Positions 17,223 to 26,078 of a DNA stretch of 32,000 nt are shown here, piece after piece; the first letter of the stretch is position 1, and every line of letters begins with the position of its first letter. The stretch covers positions 1-32,000 of the forward strand of contig NZ_CP110504.1 of NCBI RefSeq assembly GCF_028673255.1, written 5' to 3'. The translations under genes and the position numbers were made by a program. Origin of the DNA: Candidatus Saccharimonadota bacterium. GTDB lineage: Bacteria > Bacteroidota > Bacteroidia > Flavobacteriales > Blattabacteriaceae. The notes below the pieces were generated by a model, which worked only from the letters and a program-made list of their open reading frames with translations, was not told where the DNA came from and did not search any database.

Positions 17223-18215
17223 ATGATTTATGAGAATGAGTTAAAGAATTTTAAAAAAAGGATTAAATTACTGAGTAATGTGTTAAGTAATGTGTTAAGC
17301 CATGTGTTAAGCCATGTAAAAAGCAAAATGTTAATCGTAGAGAAAAGAATATATAGTGCTTCAAGTAAAGATATAAAAAAATATAACAAGTGTATTAAAG
17401 ACTTGAATAAAATAAATTATTTGGTAGATGAAGCAAGAGTATTATTGGAATTTTTAAAAGCAGGAGAAAAAACAGAAACAGAATTTGAAATTAAAAAAAT
17501 CATTAAAGCTATTGAAAGCAAATTATTTCATTTGGAATTGGAAAATTTTTTATTCAAAAAAGAAGATAGATTAGGAGCAATTCTCCAAATATCCGCTGGG
17601 CCTGGTGGTAATGAAAGTTGTGATTGGGTATTTTTATTACACAGGATGTATAGTATGTGGGCAGAAAAAAAGAATTTTGAAATTAAAAATATTTATGTTT
17701 TACAAGGAGAGTTAGGAGGGTTTAAAACAATTACTTTTAAAATTAAAGGAAGGTATGCTTTTGGATACTTAAAAGGTGAAAATGGAATACATAGATTAGT
17801 AAGGTTATCTCCCTATAACAAAAAATTTAAAAGACACACTACCTTTGCATCAGTATATATTTATCCTTTAAGAAGAAAAGAAATTAAAATATATATTAAG
17901 GAAGCTGACATAAAATGGGAAACTTTTAGATCCAAGGGATCTGGAGGGCAAAATGTTAATAAAGTAGAAACTGGTGTAAGACTGATTCATAAACCCAGTA
18001 ATATAATTATAGTAAATATGGAAACTAGGTCTCAATACAGTAACAAAATGAAAGCATTACGTTTACTAAAAGAGAAATTATATTATCTAGAACAAAAAAA
18101 ACAAACAGAAAATCTAGAAAAAAAGAACTCGCAATGGGGTGCACAAATAAGAAATTATATTATGCATCCTTATAAGTTAGTTAAAGATATTAGGACGAAT
18201 TATGAAACAACCTAA
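17223..18215 (+). CDS. prfB: Peptide chain release factor 2, encoded as one uninterrupted frame
   Basis: 330-aa ORF with GGQ at 17943-17951 (SKGSGGQNVNKVETGVRL). The RF2-type block GENGIHRLVRLSPYNKKFKRHTTFASV places SPY at the SPF position (17808-17816). SAGPGGNESCDW and IRNYIMHPYKLVKD are also present. Confidence 0.93.
   Translation: MIYENELKNFKKRIKLLSNVLSNVLSHVLSHVKSKMLIVEKRIYSASSKDIKKYNKCIKDLNKINYLVDEARVLLEFLKAGEKTETEFEIKKIIKAIESKLFHLELENFLFKKEDRLGAILQISAGPGGNESCDWVFLLHRMYSMWAEKKNFEIKNIYVLQGELGGFKTITFKIKGRYAFGYLKGENGIHRLVRLSPYNKKFKRHTTFASVYIYPLRRKEIKIYIKEADIKWETFRSKGSGGQNVNKVETGVRLIHKPSNIIIVNMETRSQYSNKMKALRLLKEKLYYLEQKKQTENLEKKNSQWGAQIRNYIMHPYKLVKDIRTNYETT
17271..17318 (+). repeat. Four tandem 12-bp units inside prfB (CTGAGTAATGTG / TTAAGTAATGTG / TTAAGCCATGTG / TTAAGCCATGTA) encoding LSNV LSNV LSHV LSHV
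   Basis: Read directly from the sequence. The repeat is in frame and covers codons 17-32 of prfB. Confidence 0.95.
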
Positions 18216-18386
18216 ATAGTTTTTTAAACAAGTATTTAGTGTTAATGTTAAATATAACAACTCGTTCACAATATAGAGAACATTAAGCTAATGTTAGAAA
18301 ATGAATAGTAATATAATTACTTTAAAAGTAAATTTTGTTAAAAATAAAAGTTAACGTTAATTTATGTTTAAAATTTATAATACTCA

Positions 18387-18581
18387 ATGAAATTGATTTT
18401 GAAATATCAAGAAGGTGAAGATATAGATAAAGTATTAAAAATGTATAGACAAAAAATTGAGAGCTCAGATTTAATAAAAGAAGTAAAAAAGCACCAAGAA
18501 TATATCAAACCTTCACAAAAGCAAAGAAATAATTTCATAAAAGCAAGATATAAACAGTTTCTTAAGTATTCTATAGATTAA
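18387..18581 (+). CDS. rpsU: 30S ribosomal protein S21
   Basis: 64-aa basic ORF reading MKLILKYQEGEDIDKVLKMYRQKIESSDLIKEVKKHQEYIKPSQKQR.... This follows the S21 pattern (...V..GE.ID.ALK.....K.G......R..F.KPS..RR). Its stop overlaps the lpdA stop convergently. Confidence 0.85.
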   Translation: MKLILKYQEGEDIDKVLKMYRQKIESSDLIKEVKKHQEYIKPSQKQRNNFIKARYKQFLKYSID

Positions 18582-19969
18582 AAATGTATACTTTTACCAT
18601 AAGCATTTTCAATAGCCTCAACTATAGATTCATTAATTGAAGGATGAGGATGAGTACTTTCTAATACATCAATATGTGTAGCTTCCAAGTTTCTTGCGAT
18701 TATTACTTCTGTAATGAGTTCTGTAACCCCTTTTCCGATCATATGACATCCTAACCATTCACCATATTTTTTATCAAAGATGACTTTAATAAACCCTTCT
18801 GTTTCTCCATTAATTTTTGCCTTACCTAAAGCAGAAAAAGGAAACTTACCCACTTGAATTTCAAAGCCTTGTTCTAAAGCTTCGTTCTCAGAGTATCCTA
18901 CAAATGCTATTTCAGGAGTAGTATAAATACACATAGGTATATTGTTGTAGTTTAATTTTTTAGGATTTAATCCCATTATTTGTTCTACACAAATTTTGGC
19001 CTCATGAAAAGCCACATGGGCTAATGAGCCTACAGGTATTACATCACCTATAGCATAAAAATTTTTTATATTAGTTTCATAATATTCATTAACTTGAATA
19101 TGTCCATTTTTAGTCAATTTTATTCCTACATTTTCTAATCCTAAATTCTTGGTATCTGGAGCTACACCAATTGCAGAAATAATGTAATCTACATTTACTT
19201 TTATATAATCTTTATTCTTAAAATACTCTATTTCTATTTGGTTTTTTTTTGAGTTTAAGTATTTGATTTCTTTTATTCTTGAATTAGTTAAGAGCTTTAT
19301 TCCTTTATTTTTAAAATTTTTGCTAATTTCTAGTGAGATTTCTCTATCTGCATTAGGTAAAATTTGTGAATTTTTTTCTACTATGATTACCTTTGATCCA
19401 ATAGCATTATAAAAATAAGCAAATTCTAAGCCAATAGCACCTGAACCAATAATTAAAATATTCTTGGGGATTTCTCTTATTGACATGGCACCTTTATAAT
19501 TTAAGAAATTTGGTATTTTAGGAAAATCTAATTGTTTAGGTTGTGCACCAGTAGCTATAACTAAATTAGAAAATTTATATTTTTTTTGGTTGTTTTTAGA
19601 CTTTACAATAATTGTCTTTTCTTCTAATATTTTAGCAGTACCATATATTAATTGTATTTCATTTTTTTTCATTAAAAATGCTAGACCTTGTTGGAGGTCA
19701 TCAACTATATTCCTACTTCTAGATAAAATATTTTCCAAGTTGAATTCAACTTTTTTAGCATTGATTCCATATTTGTTAGAGTTTTTAAAAATTTCTAATA
19801 AATTAGCACTTTGCAATAAAGACTTTGTCGGAATGCATCCCCAATTCAAACATACTCCTCCTAATTCGTTTTTTTCCACTAGTGCAGTTTTTAACCCTAA
19901 TTGGGCTGCCCTTATTGCAGCAACATATCCGGCTGGACCACTTCCAATAACTATTAAATCAAAATGCAT
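18578..19969 (-). CDS. lpdA: Dihydrolipoyl dehydrogenase (E3 component)
   Basis: 463-aa ORF with the FAD-binding GSGPAGYVAAIRAAQLG and the redox-active disulfide GGVCLNWGCIPTK. The NAD fold IIGSGAIGLEFA is present, and the C-terminal HPHPSINE carries the His-Glu dyad. Confidence 0.93.
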   Translation of the reverse strand: MHFDLIVIGSGPAGYVAAIRAAQLGLKTALVEKNELGGVCLNWGCIPTKSLLQSANLLEIFKNSNKYGINAKKVEFNLENILSRSRNIVDDLQQGLAFLMKKNEIQLIYGTAKILEEKTIIVKSKNNQKKYKFSNLVIATGAQPKQLDFPKIPNFLNYKGAMSIREIPKNILIIGSGAIGLEFAYFYNAIGSKVIIVEKNSQILPNADREISLEISKNFKNKGIKLLTNSRIKEIKYLNSKKNQIEIEYFKNKDYIKVNVDYIISAIGVAPDTKNLGLENVGIKLTKNGHIQVNEYYETNIKNFYAIGDVIPVGSLAHVAFHEAKICVEQIMGLNPKKLNYNNIPMCIYTTPEIAFVGYSENEALEQGFEIQVGKFPFSALGKAKINGETEGFIKVIFDKKYGEWLGCHMIGKGVTELITEVIIARNLEATHIDVLESTHPHPSINESIVEAIENAYGKSIHF

Positions 19970-19995
19970 AAAATATCAATTTTAAAAGCAAAAAA

Positions 19996-20069
19996 TGCTC
20001 ACGACTGGATTTGAACCAGCATAAACTACTCACTCAAAGTAGTGTGTATACCTCTTCCACCACGTAAGC
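19996..20069 (-). tRNA. tRNA-Leu(GAG)-like tRNA with a short 5-nt variable region (class-I-like architecture)
   Basis: The reverse complement reads GCTTACG TG GTGG AAGAGGTAT ACAC A CTACT TTGAGTG AGTAG TTTAT GCTGG TTCAAAT CCAGT CGTGAGC A (74 nt). The T-loop is canonical, the discriminator is A73, and the anticodon loop gives GAG. The D and anticodon arms resemble E. coli tRNA-Leu(GAG) as I remember it. The isotype call is less certain than the call that this is a tRNA. Confidence 0.7.
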
Positions 20070-20275
20070 TGAAATGAAATAAGTAAATGAAAAATAAAAG
20101 GAACAAAATATTTCTGGTTTATAAATTACAGTAAGAGCATTATTTAATAATAATTTTAAAATGAGAAACAATCTTATAAGAAAAGAATTATGTTATAATG
20201 AATAATATACCGAGAATATAGTACACAAAGCTTGTTGATTGGCACAAAGGTAAAAAAATCTTTAAAGAAGATATT

Positions 20276-20349
20276 GGCGTGGTAGCTCAATTGGTCAGAG
20301 CATCGGATTCATAACTCGAAGGTAGAGGGTTCAAAACCCTCTCACGCTA
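20276..20349 (+). tRNA. tRNA with anticodon CAT: elongator tRNA-Met or lysidine-dependent tRNA-Ile2, not an initiator
   Basis: It reads GGCGTGG TA GCTC AATTGGTCA GAGC A TCGGA TTCATAA CTCGA AGGTA GAGGG TTCAAAA CCCTC TCACGCT A. Positions 1:72 are paired (G-U) and the anticodon stem has no GGG/CCC run, so it is not tRNA-fMet. There is an A31-C39 mismatch in the anticodon stem. Confidence 0.85.
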
Positions 20350-20368
20350 TAAAAACTAAAGCAACTAA

Positions 20369-21673
20369 ATGAATCATAAACAAATTAGGAAAATATTTTT
20401 ATCCTTTTTCAAAAGAAAAAAACATAAAATTCTGAATTCAGCTTCACTAGTGGCTAAAAAAGATTCTAGCTTGATGTTTACAAATGCTGGTATGAATATT
20501 TTTCAAGCTTTTTTTCTAGGACAAAAAAAATCACAATATTCTAGAATAGCAAATTTTCAAAAATGCCTTAGGATTACTGGTAAACATAATGACTTATTTG
20601 AAGTGGGAAAGGATACTTATCATCATACCATGTTTGAAATGTTAGGAAACTGGTCATTTGGTGATTATTTTAAAAAAGAATCTATTAATTGGGCATGGGA
20701 ATTATTAACAGAAGTTTATAAAATGGATAAGTCAAATATTTATGTTACAATTTTTAAAGGTAATAAAGAAGATAAACTTTCTTTTGACAGTGAATCTTTT
20801 CAATATTGGAAGAACAAAATAGATGATAGTAAAATTTTATTCTTTGATAAAAAACATAATTTTTGGGAAATGGGAAAAACTGGGCCTTGTGGTACTTGTA
20901 CTGAAATACATGTTGATCTTAGAAATGAAAAAGAAAAATTGCAAATACCCGGGAAAAACTTGGTAAATAAAAAACACCCTTTAGTTATAGAATTGTGGAA
21001 TATAGTTTTTATTCAATTTTTTAGAAAATCAGATGGTACATTGGTTAAATTACCTAATTTTCATATTGATACTGGAATGGGCTTTGAAAGATTGTGTATG
21101 ATTTTGCAAAATAAAAAATCTACTTATGACACAGATATATTTACTTATTTAATAAAGTCTATAGCCCAAAAGACTGATCAAATCTATGGAGTAACAGACA
21201 AAATAGATATTGCCATTAGAATAATAGCAGATCATATGAGATCAGTAGTTTTTGCAATATATGATGGGATAATTCCTTCGAATAAAAAATATGGTTATGT
21301 CATTCGAAAAATCTTAAGAAGAATAATAGTAACCTATTATCTTACTTTAAAAATTAACAAGCCTTTTTTATTTAAATTAGTTAATCCAATACTTGGTTAT
21401 ATTAAAAGTTCATATTTAAATAAATCAAACACTAGCTTAAAATATGATATTAGTACTATTATTTTAAGGGAAGAGAAATTATTTTTAAAAACTATTAATT
21501 TAGGAAGTTATAAATTAGAGAAAATAATAGAAGAATTAAGAGCAAAAAAATGCAATATTATCGCTGGAAAAATAATATACTGGCTTTACGATACTTATGG
21601 ACTACCTATTGAAATTTCGAAACTAATTACTAATAAGAACAAAATAAAAGTTTTTTCTTATGATAGTTTATAA
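20369..21673 (+). CDS. alaS: Alanyl-tRNA synthetase, N-terminal catalytic and tRNA-recognition part only (434 aa)
   Basis: It starts MNHKQIRKIFLSFFKRKKHKILNSASLV...SSLMFTNAGMN. It contains HHTMFEMLGNWSFGDYFK, GPCGTCTEIH and DTGMGFERL. It ends at a TAA at 21671-21673, 4 nt before the convergent smpB stop. Confidence 0.9.
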   Translation: MNHKQIRKIFLSFFKRKKHKILNSASLVAKKDSSLMFTNAGMNIFQAFFLGQKKSQYSRIANFQKCLRITGKHNDLFEVGKDTYHHTMFEMLGNWSFGDYFKKESINWAWELLTEVYKMDKSNIYVTIFKGNKEDKLSFDSESFQYWKNKIDDSKILFFDKKHNFWEMGKTGPCGTCTEIHVDLRNEKEKLQIPGKNLVNKKHPLVIELWNIVFIQFFRKSDGTLVKLPNFHIDTGMGFERLCMILQNKKSTYDTDIFTYLIKSIAQKTDQIYGVTDKIDIAIRIIADHMRSVVFAIYDGIIPSNKKYGYVIRKILRRIIVTYYLTLKINKPFLFKLVNPILGYIKSSYLNKSNTSLKYDISTIILREEKLFLKTINLGSYKLEKIIEELRAKKCNIIAGKIIYWLYDTYGLPIEISKLITNKNKIKVFSYDSL

Positions 21674-21677
21674 GATT

Positions 21678-22121
21678 TCAATTTACCTTTTCTAATATTT
21701 TAGAGAATATTTCAACTTCTTTTTTTTTCATAAGTTCCCTTTTATCATATTTCTTTTTACTTTTTGCTAAATGGATTACTAATTTTATTAATCCTTTTTT
21801 ATTAATAAAAATATTTTCAGGGATAATGTTTAACGAAAATTTTTTAACAGCTTCTGAAATCTTTAGAATTTCTTTTTTTTTTAAAAGAAGCAAGATATTT
21901 CTCGATGTTGAATTTGTACTTGATATTTTATTTAGATATAAATTTAAAAGAAAAATTTCTGTGTTTAAAACTTTGCAAAAACTATTATTTAAATTAGCAT
22001 TATTCTTTTTAATAGATTTTACTTCGTGTCCTAGTAATTTTAATCCTGCTATATATTTTTCGAGCAAAAAAAAATTATATAAAGCATTTTTATTTTTTAT
22101 CTTAACATTTTTTCTCAGCAT
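21678..22121 (-). CDS. smpB: SsrA-binding protein SmpB
   Basis: 147-aa ORF with NKNALYNFFLLEKYIAGLKLLGHEVKSIKKNNANLNNSF, which matches the SmpB N-terminal pattern (N.KA.H.Y......EAGI.L.G.EVKS.R...........). The C-terminal tail is basic. Confidence 0.88.
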   Translation of the reverse strand: MLRKNVKIKNKNALYNFFLLEKYIAGLKLLGHEVKSIKKNNANLNNSFCKVLNTEIFLLNLYLNKISSTNSTSRNILLLLKKKEILKISEAVKKFSLNIIPENIFINKKGLIKLVIHLAKSKKKYDKRELMKKKEVEIFSKILEKVN

Positions 22122-22277
22122 ATATTTATTTTTTAGAAATATTTTTTTACTACCTTTACAAAAAAGGTATATTTTATATACTAAATATATACTAAAGTAT
22201 TTTTAGATATCTTATTAGTTCGAATACCAAAAGTTGTTATAATCTTAGTTGTTAGAATAAAATAAAACATCCTTATT

Positions 22278-22589
22278 ATGGAGATAATAGGTACAGTAAA
22301 AGAAATATTCGATTTGCAAGTATTTAAAAAAAATTTCAAAAAAAGAGAAATCCTTATTAAAACAGAAGAACAATATCCTCAAATTTTAAGAATAGAATTT
22401 ATTCTTGAGAAAACTAAATTATTAAATTCATTGAAAAAAGATGATAAAATCAAGATATTTATTAATTTAAAAGGAAAAAAATGGACTACTAAAACAGGGA
22501 AAACAATATTTTTCAATTATATTCAAGGTTGGAAGATAGAAAACATTACAGATACAGAAACGAATGAATTTGATGAACTACCTTTTTAG
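22278..22589 (+). CDS. DUF3127-family small OB-fold-like protein with an SSB-type acidic C-terminal tip (..NEFDELPF)
   Basis: 103-aa ORF reading MEIIGTVKEIFDLQVF...KKREILIKTEEQYPQILRIEF...INLKGKKW....IFFNYIQGWKIE. As I recall it, this follows the Bacteroidota DUF3127 pattern (..G.........F.KRE.V..TEEQYPQ...FE........D.......REW.....N...AW..E....DDLPF). Confidence 0.7.
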   Translation: MEIIGTVKEIFDLQVFKKNFKKREILIKTEEQYPQILRIEFILEKTKLLNSLKKDDKIKIFINLKGKKWTTKTGKTIFFNYIQGWKIENITDTETNEFDELPF

Positions 22590-22667
22590 GTAATTTCTGA
22601 TTTCTATCTTACTAGTGTTTTAGTAATTTTAAATTGTATTTAAATTTTTTTTATATTATAGTTATAA

Positions 22668-24332
<1,665 letters not shown>

Positions 24333-24354
24333 TTAAATATATTCAAACTTTATT

Positions 24355-24627
24355 TTATTCTTTTATTATTGCTAAAATATCAGTTGTATGGATAATTAAG
24401 TATTTTTTTTTCTTATAATTAATTTTAGTACCTGAATATTTTTTAAATAATACTTTTTCTCCAACTTTTAGTATAGTGTGTTTTACCTCTTTTCCTACTG
24501 ATAGTATAATTCCTTCTTGGGGCTTTTCTTTAGCATTTTCTGGAATAATTATTCCTGATTTAGTTTTCTTTTCTGCTTTCAATGGTTTTATTAATACTCT
24601 TTCTGAAATAGGTATTATATTTTCCAT
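24355..24627 (-). CDS. groES: Co-chaperonin GroES
   Basis: 90-aa ORF directly upstream of groEL on the same strand. It contains PISERVLIKPLKAEKKTKSGIIIP, the mobile-loop region. Confidence 0.95.
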   Translation of the reverse strand: MENIIPISERVLIKPLKAEKKTKSGIIIPENAKEKPQEGIILSVGKEVKHTILKVGEKVLFKKYSGTKINYKKKKYLIIHTTDILAIIKE

Positions 24628-24707
24628 TTTGTTTGAATTTTTCTTTACTAAGTTCTATCTTTTTTTTAATTATTAGAATAATAATATTATAAAACTATTT
24701 GTTTTTA

Positions 24708-26045
24708 TTATATCTCAGATAATATTATCTCACCTATCAGTGTTGTAAAAGTAGAATTTAGAATTTGAACTCTATTATAAGAACCAATATTGCTTTTATT
24801 TTTAGGAAAAACTATAATATCATTCTTATAATTTCTACCATAATAATAGTTGTCATCCTTTTTTGAGATTCCTTCTATCAAAACGTTTTGTATCTTCCCA
24901 ATATTTTCTTTTAATCGGTAAAATGAATGTGATTTTTGTAGCATTAGAATTTCATTTAATCTTCTTATTTTTAAAATATTTGGTACATCATCTTTTAATT
25001 TTCTATATGCATAAGTACCTTGTCTAGAAGAATATTTAAACATATATGAAAAATTAAATTTGATTATATTCATAATTCTTATTGTCTCTCTGTGATCTTC
25101 TTGAGTTTCAGTGCAAAATCCTGTCATTAGATCACTAGAAATAGAACAATCAGGAATAATTTGTTTAATCATTTTAATAATTAATAAAAATTCTTCAACA
25201 GTATATTTTCTCCTCATTAGCGATAAAATTCTGGTACTACCTGATTGCAGTGGTATATGAAAATGCTTACATATATTGGAATGCTTCTTAACAACTTCTA
25301 AAAGATTTTTTGATATATTAGAAGGATAAGATGTTAAGAAACGAATTCTCATTAAGGGTACTGTAATGGCTATTAATTCTAAGAGGTTGAAAAATTTAAT
25401 TTGTTTAAAAAAATATGAATCTACATTTTGTCCTAAAAGGATTATTTCTTTATAACCTTTTTTATAGAGTATTTTGCACTCTTTTAATATGCTGTTAGGA
25501 TTCCTGCTTTTTTCTCTACCTCTGGAAAAAGGGACGATACAAAAAGTACACATATTATCACATCCTCTCATTATTGAGATAAAAGCTGATATACTGGTTC
25601 TTACTCCGATAGGAATTATCTTGGTATATTTTTCTTGATTTGCTAAGCTTACATCAATTTCTTTTTTATTTTGTTCTTTTTTTAAGTTTTTTATCATTTT
25701 TGGGATTTTTTTATAAGAATCTGGACCAACTATTAAATCTATAAAATTTAATTTTTCAAGTGTTTGTTTGTTATAATGTGTAGCTAAACAACCTAAAAGT
25801 CCAATTTTTATTTGGTTGTTTGTTTGTTTTAAACATCTTATTTTCATCAAACGATTAAATATTTTTTTTTCTGGCTTTTCGCGTATTGCACAGGTGTTTA
25901 ATAAGATTATATCTGCCTTTTTTAAAGTAGAAGTTTTAATAAAACCTGATTTTAACAGAATTGAACATATTATTTCACTATCATAGATATTCATTTGACA
26001 GCCATAAGTTTCTATATAGAATTTCATAACAAGTAATTTGTTCAT
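24708..26045 (-). CDS. miaB: Radical-SAM methylthiotransferase, most likely tRNA-i6A37 methylthiotransferase MiaB
   Basis: 445-aa ORF with the N-terminal UPF0004 signature FYIETYGCQMNIYDSE and the radical-SAM triad CDNMCTFC. The C-terminus is TRAM-like. The start could be the ATG at 26027. I cannot rigorously exclude RimO or MtaB by eye. Confidence 0.85.
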   Translation of the reverse strand: MNKLLVMKFYIETYGCQMNIYDSEIICSILLKSGFIKTSTLKKADIILLNTCAIREKPEKKIFNRLMKIRCLKQTNNQIKIGLLGCLATHYNKQTLEKLNFIDLIVGPDSYKKIPKMIKNLKKEQNKKEIDVSLANQEKYTKIIPIGVRTSISAFISIMRGCDNMCTFCIVPFSRGREKSRNPNSILKECKILYKKGYKEIILLGQNVDSYFFKQIKFFNLLELIAITVPLMRIRFLTSYPSNISKNLLEVVKKHSNICKHFHIPLQSGSTRILSLMRRKYTVEEFLLIIKMIKQIIPDCSISSDLMTGFCTETQEDHRETIRIMNIIKFNFSYMFKYSSRQGTYAYRKLKDDVPNILKIRRLNEILMLQKSHSFYRLKENIGKIQNVLIEGISKKDDNYYYGRNYKNDIIVFPKNKSNIGSYNRVQILNSTFTTLIGEIILSEI

Positions 26046-26078
26046 ATCATTTACTAGAAAAATTTTATATTAAACAAA

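Noticed and set aside
18284-18309. Motif AGCTAATGTTAGAAAATGAAT downstream of prfB, resembling AGCTAATGCTAGAAAGAAT downstream of rluD (5960-5978)
   Set aside because: The shared core is only about 16 nt with mismatches, is AT-rich and has no flanking structure. It could be chance and is not enough to call a shared regulatory element.
19590-19985. 131-aa plus-strand ORF antisense to the lpdA 5' half
   Set aside because: Antisense shadow ORF. The lpdA assignment on the opposite strand is unambiguous (FAD-binding and redox-disulfide motifs).
21826-22206. 126-aa plus-strand ORF overlapping smpB
   Set aside because: It is antisense to smpB, and its F/L/I-rich low-complexity product has no recognisable family.
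22609-22630. Hairpin TTACTA-GTGTTT-TAGTAA followed by TTTT between the convergent DUF3127 gene and groEL, a possible bidirectional terminator
   Set aside because: The stem is 6 bp with only one G-C pair, so the predicted stability is very low. Such palindromes arise easily in AT-rich DNA.
24476-24676. 66-aa plus-strand ORF overlapping groES
   Set aside because: Antisense to groES; shadow ORF.
24628-24707. Heat-shock regulatory element (CIRCE inverted repeat TTAGCACTC-N9-GAGTGCTAA) or a recognisable promoter upstream of groES
   Set aside because: No CIRCE-like inverted repeat is present in the 80-bp upstream region. Only loose TAnnTTT-like strings occur, and these are too common in this composition to call.
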